Source: an uncultured virus (IMG/VR IMGVR_UViG_2740892240_000002)
Lineage: Duplodnaviria; Heunggongvirae; Uroviricota; Caudoviricetes
Length of the DNA stretch: 64,000 nt
Strand: one strand, 5' to 3'
Virus record (IMG/VR): IMGVR_UViG_2740892240_000002
Location: 1-64,000 of that record
The translations under genes and the position numbers were made by a program. Position 1 is the stretch's first letter. Each line of letters begins with the position of its first letter. The notes beneath the pieces are model-generated. The model ran no database searches. It saw only the letters and a program-made list of their open reading frames with translations, and had not been told where the DNA came from. Of the stretch, positions 37,728 to 47,300 are shown one piece after another.

Positions 37728-37802
37728 TCAGTTTTATGATAACAGTTAATTTTTAGAATAGTATTTTAGAAATATTAAGATAAAATTTTCATTAATACTA
37801 TA

Positions 37803-37850
37803 AAAAAACAGAAATAAGATAAAGTTTTAGGGTATCTTATTTCTGTTTTT
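37803..37850. terminator. Terminator downstream of endolysin 2
   Basis: aaaaacagaaataagata / tatcttatttctgttttt. Confidence 0.75.
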
Positions 37851-37919
37851 ATCATGAAAATTAGTATCTAATCAAAATTTAATTTAAAACAATATTTTAT
37901 AGTAAAATTTTTACTAAGT

Positions 37920-38696
37920 TTATACTAATTCAAGATACTTAGAGCTAACATATCCTAGACCCTTATTACCGTTAAACCCTTCTATACTTACCCATCCATT
38001 TAAACAATACTGTAAATTCACTATATCTCCATATTTAACTTGTCCTATTACCTCATACTCTGTACCTCTATCCCATCTAACATTTAAAACATCTGCAATT
38101 ACTCTAGCCTTTCTTCCTGAGTAATCTCCATTTGTAAATCCTTCGTCTACAATTCCAGTTTCTTTCCATTCAACTGAATTAAATTTACAAATTCCTTTTG
38201 CTATAGCTTTAGCAAATTTATCTTTATTGTTCATTATTAAATTATAGTCTTCCTCATTAGTTATGAATCCTAACTCAACTAAACAAGCATCCATCTTAGT
38301 CTCTCTAACTACGTGTAGGTTACCTTCCTTTACACCTCTATTTTTAGTGTAAAGACCTTCTTGTATTAACTCTGAGTGTATAGTGTCTGCTAAAGCTCTA
38401 TATGCAAATTTATAGCAATAAGTTTCTACCCCTTGAGCACTTGGATTGTCAGAGCTGTTACAGTGTATTGATACAAATGAGTTTACCCCTAATTTATTAG
38501 CTTCATTAGTTCTATCATTTAACGTCACAAATACATCTGTAGTTCGAGTATTTAAATTTTCTATATTTTGATTTTTTAAGTACTTAGCTACTCTATTAGA
38601 TACATCTAATACTATATCCTTTTCTAAGCATCCATGTACTCCTGGTGCTCCAGAATCATATCCTCCATGTCCTGGATCTGTCATATTTTTTTTCAT
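37920..38696 (-). CDS. Endolysin (Amidase_3 plus SH3b), close paralog of 2789-3571
   Basis: Same motifs; long identical stretches. Confidence 0.95.
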   Translation of the reverse strand: MKKNMTDPGHGGYDSGAPGVHGCLEKDIVLDVSNRVAKYLKNQNIENLNTRTTDVFVTLNDRTNEANKLGVNSFVSIHCNSSDNPSAQGVETYCYKFAYRALADTIHSELIQEGLYTKNRGVKEGNLHVVRETKMDACLVELGFITNEEDYNLIMNNKDKFAKAIAKGICKFNSVEWKETGIVDEGFTNGDYSGRKARVIADVLNVRWDRGTEYEVIGQVKYGDIVNLQYCLNGWVSIEGFNGNKGLGYVSSKYLELV

Positions 38697-38802
38697 AATT
38701 AATTCCTCCTAATTATTTTTTTTATTGTATATATTTTAAAAGATAACAAAAAAAGAACTGTCTCAGTCCTATTTATTACCTTTTCAATAAGCATTTAATT
38801 TA

Positions 38803-39054
38803 TTATTTATTTACAGTTTGTTTTACAAGTTGATTTGTGGCGATAGCTCCAAAACTACATATTATGCCTTGTAAAATACTTGTAGCATTAAATCCCATTA
38901 TAGGTATGCTAAAACTAATACCTAGAACTAGTAAAATCCACGGTATACTCCAATCTTTTATCTTAGGTGTTTTCTTTAAAAACATACCTATAACATAAAG
39001 AGAAGCTACTAATATTAGTAGCTTCTCAGGTATAAATTTAATTATTGTTTCCAT
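38803..39054 (-). CDS. Phage holin
   Basis: Near-identical to 3656-3907. Confidence 0.9.
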   Translation of the reverse strand: METIIKFIPEKLLILVASLYVIGMFLKKTPKIKDWSIPWILLVLGISFSIPIMGFNATSILQGIICSFGAIATNQLVKQTVNK

Positions 39055-39069
39055 TTAACTTATCTCCTT

Positions 39070-39303
39070 TTATTTAAACAAATGATTTTGTATTGCATAG
39101 AAAAATAATCCTACAAAGCCACTAAAAATAAATCCTAACCCCCATTTTAGGGTATTTATAAGTCCTTCTATACTCTTACATAAGTTATCTATCTGTATAT
39201 CTCTTTTTACATCACTTTGTTCTAATTTATCTAATCTCTCAGAATGATTGTTTATCCGTTTCTCATGTGTTTCAATCATATGGTCCTTTACTTCATCATT
39301 CAT
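39070..39303 (-). CDS. XhlA-like lysis-associated protein
   Basis: Near-identical to 3923-4156. Confidence 0.8.
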   Translation of the reverse strand: MNDEVKDHMIETHEKRINNHSERLDKLEQSDVKRDIQIDNLCKSIEGLINTLKWGLGFIFSGFVGLFFYAIQNHLFK

Positions 39304-39370
39304 ATTTCCTCCTAAACATTCCATAAAAATAGAACTACTTTTTATAGTCTTTTCTATATTTACACTTCAT

Positions 39371-39559
39371 TTATAATTTATTTTGTATTTGTGAATAGTC
39401 AGCGTCTTTACTATAATCTTCATTTGTTATTTCTGTATACTGTTTCTTAGTTATTTTGCCATATTCAACGAATTTTGCAACTTGTTTTTTAGAATACATT
39501 CTAGTCCCGTCAAATTTAATGTAGTTGTAGTATCTTTTTACTAATGAGTAGTAATTCAT
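39371..39559 (-). CDS. XkdX-like protein
   Basis: VKRYY...FVEYGKITKKQYTEIT. Confidence 0.8.
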   Translation of the reverse strand: MNYYSLVKRYYNYIKFDGTRMYSKKQVAKFVEYGKITKKQYTEITNEDYSKDADYSQIQNKL

Positions 39560-39562
39560 AAT

Positions 39563-39991
39563 CTATTTACCTCCTTGTGCTATTGTTAGTACTAATTCAC
39601 TAACTGTTTTATTTAATTTTTCTATTTCAAAATCCTTCGATGCCGAATCTAAAAGTGCGTTTGCTTGCCCTTCTATTAAATCGGCAATTTGAGAATCTTT
39701 ACTAGCGTTATCAATTAAAAGTTTTGCGTTTTGTTCTTCCACTATTTCACTGTGTGTGGCTTCTGGTTTTTCATAGTCAATTATTACTTTTTCAAACATT
39801 TCTATATCACTATAAGTATATAATGGTTTTTGTAAATTGGAATCTTTTTTGATTTTACAAGAACCTAATTGCATTAAATACGCTTTTAGTTCTGGGTCAA
39901 TGTTTATATGTGAGGAAGGAATAATTTTATGTATACTCTCTTTATAGAATCCTTCACATATTAAATCTTCATTGTAAACTAATTTGCACAT
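39563..39991 (-). CDS. Tail-fibre associated protein with 21-aa repeats
   Basis: Follows the fibre gene; ASKD repeats; resembles 6100-6600. Confidence 0.6.
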   Translation of the reverse strand: MCKLVYNEDLICEGFYKESIHKIIPSSHINIDPELKAYLMQLGSCKIKKDSNLQKPLYTYSDIEMFEKVIIDYEKPEATHSEIVEEQNAKLLIDNASKDSQIADLIEGQANALLDSASKDFEIEKLNKTVSELVLTIAQGGK

Positions 39992-40002
39992 ATATTTTCC
40001 TC

Positions 40003-42903
40003 CTATTTTCCTATTGCAAACCAACTAGCAGAAATACTTCCTGTTAATTGATTACCTGTTGTATTTCGCACGTGTAATCTTATACCTGTAGCTCCATTTT
40101 CTCCAGTACCTGCGGCATTACCACTTAGGTCTTGCCAAGCATTATTACTTCTTATATAACCAATTCCTGTATAATAACATGTCACAGGAAAATTAATAGG
40201 ATAGAATGTATCTTTTATCAAAAAGTTATAATTTGATGTTCCCATTTCTACCCAACCCCATTGGAATATAAATCCCCCAAAAACTTTCGGGAATTTTATA
40301 TAACCATAATTTTCAGTACTTTCATACTCAACATTTAAAAGGTCTTTGAGTTTACTCCAAATACTTCTTTTAGATTTAGCAACATTATCCTGTAAGTTAT
40401 CCATTTGTGCTTTAATATTTAATGGTACTCTATGAGTACTTTCTGTAATTATCATAGGTGACCCTATTAATATTTTGTCACCACTTTCACATAAAAGGCT
40501 GGTATTTACTTCACAATTTTTAGACTCTTTTTCCATAGTTCTTTTAGTTATTTCATATTCTATAGTTATATCTGTTTCTTTGTTAGCTAAATGGTCTACA
40601 AGTTGCTCTGCAGTAGTACACCATTTACCAACTCTAAATACAAGTTGCCCGTTTATACCACCCATAGCTAAACATATTTTATCATTGTTGTATAAAGTGT
40701 CATCTGATACGGCTTCATAAGCACTTGTATTAAGACAAATTTGTCTTTTATCTGGGGTATTAATAGAATCAGGTAATTTACAAGCAAAAGCATTAGTGTT
40801 AGGTTTTTTTTGATCTATTAACTCCCAATTTTCTGAACCATTTAAAGTGTAACTTTTTATTCTAGTAACTTTTTTACCATTTACTAATTCATCATGTGTC
40901 CCATTAGGCAGGCCTCTTAGTTTAATACCACTGTTTTGAACATAGTCTTTAGCCTCAACCAATTTTGCGTTTTTGTATGTTACATCTAGTCCAGAAAGTG
41001 GATTATTTACATTAGCGTAGAATCTAATATACACTTTGTGTGTATCACTAAACGTAGTAAATATGTCACTATTATTTCTTAGATATGTTATATCTGATAA
41101 TACAGTAGTACTATCTCCGTCTGGGGTAGTGGCAACTGCCACAAATGCATTTCCATCATCTTCTATAAAATCTGTTACAAGCATATAAGTTGTATTTGAT
41201 TTTACATTTAATTCAAACTGTACATATCCATAAGAAGTATCTGTACTTCTAACAGTTAGTTTCTGTAATGAATTATCCAATGTATGAGAACAATTTAAAA
41301 CATTCTTTGGTTGTTTAGTAAATATGTTAACCTCTGTTGAAGGGTCATACGATACTATGTTATCTAAACTGACATTCCATAGTTTACGGTTTTTTGAACC
41401 TGTACGACCTATTACATTATCTATTGTTACCATTCCACGTTTCATTGAACTTCTATAATCTTTAGCTCTATACCCGTCACCAAAAAAAACTTCACCTTTA
41501 CCAACTTCAATAATATTAGAACTATTAGTACTTAACTCTTCTGAATAACTAGGTGTTCCTATTTCATTACTATTAATAGTTTTAACCCAATTAGTCCAAG
41601 TTTTATTAGCATTGTTATAATATCTAGTACAGATATTTGCAAACCTATCAACAAAAACTTGTGTACAATCATCAAAAGTTTTTGAAACCATTAAAGTACC
41701 ATATAATGGATTTGTTGAAGCATAAGGGGCATTAAGTATATTGGCCTTACTTACATAGTAGTTTCCTGGTGATTTACAATTATTAAAGTCTGTCACAGAA
41801 TCCCTATAGTTTAAGAAATATTTACTATCTAAATCGGGTTTATTTACAACATCATTCCAATTAGGTTTATTTGTTGTTGAATAAGTTTGTGCCCAAGCAC
41901 TCCAACCACTACCATTACTTTTAAATCTTGTAAATATTTTTGTCCTATAATCAAAATAAATTTGATGTAATTCTCCCGAATCCCCTCTAGTTAATACTAA
42001 TAATTCACCATAGACATCTGATGATATAGGAGAATTAAGTAAGGCTTTAGAACTAGAAACTATGTACTTACCTTCATGTAAACAAGTGTTAAAGTCTGAA
42101 ACTTCTTCAATATAAGTTCTGAAATATCTATCATCTGATTGAGATTGTGTGAATAAGTTAGGTTTTTCTCTTATTTCAGTCCATTTAGGTGCAGTAGAAT
42201 CAGTATATACTTTATTCCATCCTCTAAATCCCATATTATAGCCATCACTTGCATAGTATCTAAAAAACATTGCTCCACTGCTTGTTGAAACTCTTTGTAT
42301 TAAATCATTACCTCTAGGTATTACCTCTAGTGTCCCATACATACTCCCACCAAAAGGTGCGTTTGGTATATCTACACCAGTTATAGTATAAATACCTGGT
42401 GTTTTACAATTGTTGAAGTCAGACACAATACCTAAATTTTTACTTAAGTATTTGTTATCTGCTTCACTTGTAGAAATAAGTTTTTTCCAAGGTGTCCATG
42501 AAGTAGCTTCGGTATTTGTTGAACATCTAGTATATACCTCATTTGTAACATCCGAATAAAATACCTGAGTAATCCATTTAGAAGGAGAATCCCATTGGTA
42601 CACTACTAACCTACCGTAACCTACAGGAGAATTCGGAGTGTTTTGTTCAACTATATAGTTACCTCCTTCCACCACAGTATTTAAATCCGTTGTAACCAGT
42701 AATCTTTTAGGGGTTTTTAACACTACATCTGATTTTTCTGATTTAGAATCAATTTTTTTATTTTGCTCTTTTAAAGTTTTATCATATTCAGTTTTAAAAT
42801 CATCATGTTTTTTATTATTTTCTTTTATATTTTCTTCAATTCTATTAAAATCTTCTGGCATTACTGTTTCTGTAAGCTTCCAATTTGTTTTATAAGTACC
42901 CAT
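40003..42903 (-). CDS. Tail fibre with four tandem knob-like repeats and gp53-like C-terminus
   Basis: Four D(L/F)N...G.Y...N.P...YG.L.V repeats; GGFIFQWG...WFAIGK end. Confidence 0.85.
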   Translation of the reverse strand: MGTYKTNWKLTETVMPEDFNRIEENIKENNKKHDDFKTEYDKTLKEQNKKIDSKSEKSDVVLKTPKRLLVTTDLNTVVEGGNYIVEQNTPNSPVGYGRLVVYQWDSPSKWITQVFYSDVTNEVYTRCSTNTEATSWTPWKKLISTSEADNKYLSKNLGIVSDFNNCKTPGIYTITGVDIPNAPFGGSMYGTLEVIPRGNDLIQRVSTSSGAMFFRYYASDGYNMGFRGWNKVYTDSTAPKWTEIREKPNLFTQSQSDDRYFRTYIEEVSDFNTCLHEGKYIVSSSKALLNSPISSDVYGELLVLTRGDSGELHQIYFDYRTKIFTRFKSNGSGWSAWAQTYSTTNKPNWNDVVNKPDLDSKYFLNYRDSVTDFNNCKSPGNYYVSKANILNAPYASTNPLYGTLMVSKTFDDCTQVFVDRFANICTRYYNNANKTWTNWVKTINSNEIGTPSYSEELSTNSSNIIEVGKGEVFFGDGYRAKDYRSSMKRGMVTIDNVIGRTGSKNRKLWNVSLDNIVSYDPSTEVNIFTKQPKNVLNCSHTLDNSLQKLTVRSTDTSYGYVQFELNVKSNTTYMLVTDFIEDDGNAFVAVATTPDGDSTTVLSDITYLRNNSDIFTTFSDTHKVYIRFYANVNNPLSGLDVTYKNAKLVEAKDYVQNSGIKLRGLPNGTHDELVNGKKVTRIKSYTLNGSENWELIDQKKPNTNAFACKLPDSINTPDKRQICLNTSAYEAVSDDTLYNNDKICLAMGGINGQLVFRVGKWCTTAEQLVDHLANKETDITIEYEITKRTMEKESKNCEVNTSLLCESGDKILIGSPMIITESTHRVPLNIKAQMDNLQDNVAKSKRSIWSKLKDLLNVEYESTENYGYIKFPKVFGGFIFQWGWVEMGTSNYNFLIKDTFYPINFPVTCYYTGIGYIRSNNAWQDLSGNAAGTGENGATGIRLHVRNTTGNQLTGSISASWFAIGK

Positions 42904-43787
42904 TAATTAACCCCTTCCTCGATATTTATTACGTGTTTAAGTTCTATATCTTCTATTATTGGAACATATAGATCTATAGAAGTTAGTAATTTATTATCAG
43001 ATGTATAAACATCAACTTTTGTTATTTCATCTAGGCCAAAACTATGCAAAACTGCATATTCTAAAGTTAATTTTTCATTTACAATATCTTTTGTTATAAA
43101 TTCATTTATAACTTTTACATTGTTTAACTTTACATAACCAATTTTACTTAATGCAAAGCCTTTTAGCTCATCTAAAAAATACTTTTGTATAGAGTTATTT
43201 TGTTTCAACTTTATAGCTCCTTTCTCATGTAGAGATTTAAACGGCAAAGTTCCCAACCTCCAGGTTGAACCTAATCTATAGTTATACTCCCTTTGTGCTA
43301 GCATTAATTCTTCATTTGCTAGTATTTTTTCATCAATAAAGGGTTTATTTATAAATACAATATTAGCTGGTTTCATTTTATTTATTGTTATGTAAGTTTC
43401 ATTAAACCAGGTTTGATTTAATATTTTTGACTCAATATAAAGAGTAAATTTACCAGGATCAACAAAAATATTATAGTTTCCTTTACCTATTAACTCATCT
43501 AATTTCTGTTTTAAAGCTCTTAAAGTGAAAGGCATATTCATAGCTAATCTATTTAATATCCTCTGTCTTCTAAAACTTAGTTCCTTATTGTCTCCATCAT
43601 TTATTCGTAATAGAATTTCATATTTTTTTATAGTTTCTTTATCTGCAGTTATAACATATTCATTTTTTATAGCTTTTTCAAATTCAGTATTTAGATTTTC
43701 AAATAAATCATTTTCAATTTTAACTAATGTATCTATTTCGAGTATGTTATTATATAAAGTTGGAAAATAGTTTTTTATATTTATCAT
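42903..43787 (-). CDS. Baseplate wedge protein (XkdU/YmfQ-like)
   Basis: FRRQRILNR and MKPAN motifs; follows baseplate J. Confidence 0.75.
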   Translation of the reverse strand: MINIKNYFPTLYNNILEIDTLVKIENDLFENLNTEFEKAIKNEYVITADKETIKKYEILLRINDGDNKELSFRRQRILNRLAMNMPFTLRALKQKLDELIGKGNYNIFVDPGKFTLYIESKILNQTWFNETYITINKMKPANIVFINKPFIDEKILANEELMLAQREYNYRLGSTWRLGTLPFKSLHEKGAIKLKQNNSIQKYFLDELKGFALSKIGYVKLNNVKVINEFITKDIVNEKLTLEYAVLHSFGLDEITKVDVYTSDNKLLTSIDLYVPIIEDIELKHVINIEEGVN

Positions 43788-44935
43788 AATAAATTAACTT
43801 CTTTCAATTGAGGTATTTGTTGTAATTCTCCAGTTTGAATTAGGTTTAAATCATTTGATTGACCATTTATCTTTATATCTGTTACATTGGCTACTCCAAC
43901 AACCTTTAAAATAGACATAGTTATTTGAGATATATAAATAGATAACTCATATCTATTCATATCATCTGCAATCCCCCAGTTTTTTCTTAAACTTTTAAGA
44001 TACTCATTTATAGACTTTTTAATTGTTTCTTTAACTTGATCTATTACATAGCCTGTAATTAAATGTATTTTAGCTTCTACAGTGACTTCTACTATTTGAG
44101 GAGTTGTTATTGTTACTACATGTCCAATAGGCGCTAATCCTAATCCTATCCCTTCCTTTTCTGCAGGGTCTATTATATTTTTAACTTTCTGTATTAAATC
44201 ACTTGAAACTGCATTAAATTCAGTATCAACAATACTACATTTAACAGTTCCTCCACCTTTCCATGTTGGATATATTTGAACTTCTCCAATCCCATCAATC
44301 TTACGTATTTCCTCATCATATTGAGCTATATTTCCGCCAAATGGTCTTTGATTGACTTCTAATATAAATCTATTCTTCAACTCTTCATCCGTTTCTTCGT
44401 CCCTTGCAGGTACTAAAAGAGTAGTTAATTTGCATGATTTAAGATTATTTATATGAGTGATAGGTAGTAAATCGCCTATATATCCGTTTCCTAAGGTTCC
44501 AATCGTCTCACATTGTAAAATATATTCACCTGGAACAATTTGATTTTTTTCATTTTTAAATACATCAATAACCTTGTATGTTAAAGGTATTTCTTCATTA
44601 ATAGTAGAAAATCTGCTTCCTACTTGAACGGTGGCAGGTGTTCCGTCTTGAAATACACATATAGCTTTTTTCTTAGCATATGTGGCTTTATATCTACTTA
44701 GACCCTGTTCTATTACCTTATTGTCTAAATATTCCCCATAACTGGTTGTAACAAAGGAATTTAATAAAACTTGTCTTAATTCCATATACATTTCTGCTAA
44801 TTGATAACATGCTGGAGCTAATGCATCATAAATTACAGATCCTTGACGTTTATCAATATCTTCTGGAACTATCTCTAAAGCTTTATTTATAAGATTCTCA
44901 AAGGTATATTTTTCTAAATATTGTCCTAAACTCAT
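43784..44935 (-). CDS. Baseplate J-like protein (XkdT)
   Basis: DKRQGSVIYDALAP and PTWKGGGTVK motifs. Confidence 0.92.
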   Translation of the reverse strand: MSLGQYLEKYTFENLINKALEIVPEDIDKRQGSVIYDALAPACYQLAEMYMELRQVLLNSFVTTSYGEYLDNKVIEQGLSRYKATYAKKKAICVFQDGTPATVQVGSRFSTINEEIPLTYKVIDVFKNEKNQIVPGEYILQCETIGTLGNGYIGDLLPITHINNLKSCKLTTLLVPARDEETDEELKNRFILEVNQRPFGGNIAQYDEEIRKIDGIGEVQIYPTWKGGGTVKCSIVDTEFNAVSSDLIQKVKNIIDPAEKEGIGLGLAPIGHVVTITTPQIVEVTVEAKIHLITGYVIDQVKETIKKSINEYLKSLRKNWGIADDMNRYELSIYISQITMSILKVVGVANVTDIKINGQSNDLNLIQTGELQQIPQLKEVNLL

Positions 44936-45333
44936 ATAGTCACCGCACTTTCAAAATGTATATTCCCAAAAATAGAATTTACTTTAAATTCTATTTCTAA
45001 TATATCTTTATTTTCATTAATAATTTTAAAGTTTTCTATCCCTAGAATTCGTTCATCAATTAAAAGTGCTTCTTTTATTGATCTTTCTATATCTGATTTA
45101 ACAAATTCTTTAGGCTTTCCTATATATCCCATAAGTTCAACTCCATAATTATCATCATAAATTATGTTTTCAAATCTTTCAGTTTGTAATATTTTAAATA
45201 CCGATTGTTTTACTGCATCTAATTCATCAATTTTAGTTATTATTCTTCTATTAAAATTATCAATTTTATATGTTTTACTACTTTGAAAATTATCTTCTAT
45301 TTCACTAACAATAAATTTAAAATTTGGTATCAT
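44932..45333 (-). CDS. XkdS/gp25-like baseplate protein
   Basis: KILQTERF..IY...YGVEL. Confidence 0.85.
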   Translation of the reverse strand: MIPNFKFIVSEIEDNFQSSKTYKIDNFNRRIITKIDELDAVKQSVFKILQTERFENIIYDDNYGVELMGYIGKPKEFVKSDIERSIKEALLIDERILGIENFKIINENKDILEIEFKVNSIFGNIHFESAVTI

Positions 45334-45632
45334 TTTTTCAATTCTCCTCTATCTAATACATAAAACTGTTGTCCATTTGAAACTCTTAATAGAAGCACTT
45401 TTTCCCCTATTTTTAGGTTTTCAAATAAAACTGACCCATTTTTATCTTTAAACTCTCTACAAAATGGAGATAATACTAAAAAATCTTGATCAATCTTAAA
45501 TCTATTTTCTACTAAAACAGTTAATGGCGATTCATTGGTTACTTCTCCTGGAACAAGGTCTGTTAACGTATTTTCTGGAATAGCATGCCTTGCCCCTTGT
45601 TTAATTAATCTTACAAATTTTTCTCCTGCCAT
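45330..45632 (-). CDS. XkdR-like spike protein
   Basis: GEVT..SPL; LKIGEKVLLLRVSNGQQFYVLDR. Confidence 0.8.
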   Translation of the reverse strand: MAGEKFVRLIKQGARHAIPENTLTDLVPGEVTNESPLTVLVENRFKIDQDFLVLSPFCREFKDKNGSVLFENLKIGEKVLLLRVSNGQQFYVLDRGELKK

Positions 45633-46607
45633 TTATATCACCTCAACTTCTAAACTCATTGTATGCTCATTATTTTTTATTTTATGTGAAACGTTTAAGA
45701 CAATAGCATATTTGTTAAATGGAACATCATTTTTTAAATCCTCTATAACTAAAACAACACCACATCCTGCCTTTACTCTAAAGTCTCCCAAACATTCAAT
45801 CTTTAGAGACTTTTTAGGCTTATTGTAGTGTTTTAATAACATCTCTGCTCTTTCTTTAATTTGAGCTTCATTCATTTTTTCATCAACTTTATCGAAATAT
45901 TGCAAAATACCCCATTTTTTGATATTTTGACTATCCTTAACAATATATACTTCTCTTTTTTTTGTTTCTTTATTTTCTTTAATAAGTTTTACTTGGTTGT
46001 ATGTTTCATCATCTATACTTGACTCATAATCATAACTATTTAATAAGCTTTCATCTCCTATAGCTAAGTTAGTTTTCTCTTCCCATACATTTAGATGCTC
46101 TAAAGTTCCAAAGTTATCTCTAATAAAAAACCATTCACCTGTATCTATTAATGTCTTATCAAAGGCATATTGAATAATATCGCCAAGATTTTTATTATCT
46201 TCAATTTTTGCAGGTAAAGTATGATTACTACTATGCTTTATTTTAAAATTTATATTATAATCCATACAGATTTTACTAAAAATTTGACTACAAGTAAGGT
46301 TTTTAAACACATAAGTATCTTTATATTTTAAATATCTTAATTGATCATATGCAGTTATCTTTATTTCTTTATTTTCGCTCTTTCCAAGTTTGAAAATAAA
46401 TCCAAAAAATATTTTCTCATTATTAATTTTCAAGGATATCGGACTTCCTTCACTCATATAGTCTTCATTTAATACATCTTGCAAAGTAAAAGTAAGCTTT
46501 CCAGGATTATCTTGAATTTCTTGATTTAGCTCTATATCAGATATTAAATCTGATACATCGTATGCTTTTCCTGTATTAGTGTTTTGTACAATCATCTCTA
46601 TATTCAT
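45633..46607 (-). CDS. XkdQ-like baseplate hub protein
   Basis: TAYDQLRYLK and WGILQY motifs. Confidence 0.88.
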   Translation of the reverse strand: MNIEMIVQNTNTGKAYDVSDLISDIELNQEIQDNPGKLTFTLQDVLNEDYMSEGSPISLKINNEKIFFGFIFKLGKSENKEIKITAYDQLRYLKYKDTYVFKNLTCSQIFSKICMDYNINFKIKHSSNHTLPAKIEDNKNLGDIIQYAFDKTLIDTGEWFFIRDNFGTLEHLNVWEEKTNLAIGDESLLNSYDYESSIDDETYNQVKLIKENKETKKREVYIVKDSQNIKKWGILQYFDKVDEKMNEAQIKERAEMLLKHYNKPKKSLKIECLGDFRVKAGCGVVLVIEDLKNDVPFNKYAIVLNVSHKIKNNEHTMSLEVEVI

Positions 46608-47300
46608 TTATATCACCTTAACAGACTCTTTCGTTACCCATCCCATCCATCCACCATTCATATCAGTTACATGGTATGGATACTTACGACCATCCCTTTT
46701 TATGAAATTTATCTTACCTCTATAGTTTCTAAGGGTCATTCCTGGTCCTTTGCCCCAACTATCTCTATGTAATCTTCCATTAACTATGACAGTACACCCT
46801 ATAGTTATATTTCCAGATGCATTATTCCTATTATTGTTAGTATTTCTGTTTGGTCTTTTACTTTCATAATCTGAAATTTTGACCTCTTTTACTTTTACTT
46901 CTCTATATTCCTTTATGCTAATCGTAAAATTGACATCATTAGAACCATATTTATATCCATATTCAAAGCTTTCAATTAAAACCATAAGGTTTATATCTGT
47001 ATCACTTACTATAAATCTTATAGGCTTTTTATCTCCCCTTACTTGTTCTATAAAATCAATATAATATTTTGGTTCTTGAAATTGATTTTTAGTCCTTATA
47101 AATGGATATATATTATCTTTAGGTAAAAAACTTTCAAATTCTATAGTAGATAACTTTTTATCTTTTGCAATATTAATTTCTCCAAGCTTTACAACCTCTT
47201 TTGTTTCATTAGATCCTTCAATTTTAACTTTTAATTCTTCTGGATTTATAGGGAATTGAATCACCAATCCCCTATACTCCATAAAAACCCCTACAGACAC
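46608..47300 (-). CDS. XkdP-like tail tube initiator
   Basis: FPINPEE...LGEIN N-terminus; C-terminal domain without an evident LysM. Confidence 0.75.
   Translation of the reverse strand: MSVGVFMEYRGLVIQFPINPEELKVKIEGSNETKEVVKLGEINIAKDKKLSTIEFESFLPKDNIYPFIRTKNQFQEPKYYIDFIEQVRGDKKPIRFIVSDTDINLMVLIESFEYGYKYGSNDVNFTISIKEYREVKVKEVKISDYESKRPNRNTNNNRNNASGNITIGCTVIVNGRLHRDSWGKGPGMTLRNYRGKINFIKRDGRKYPYHVTDMNGGWMGWVTKESVKVI

Noticed and set aside
40003..42903. Diversity-generating retroelement or invertase shufflon acting on the tail fibres
   Set aside because: No reverse transcriptase, template repeat or inverted fibre cassettes in the window; the tyrosine recombinase is far from the fibre genes.
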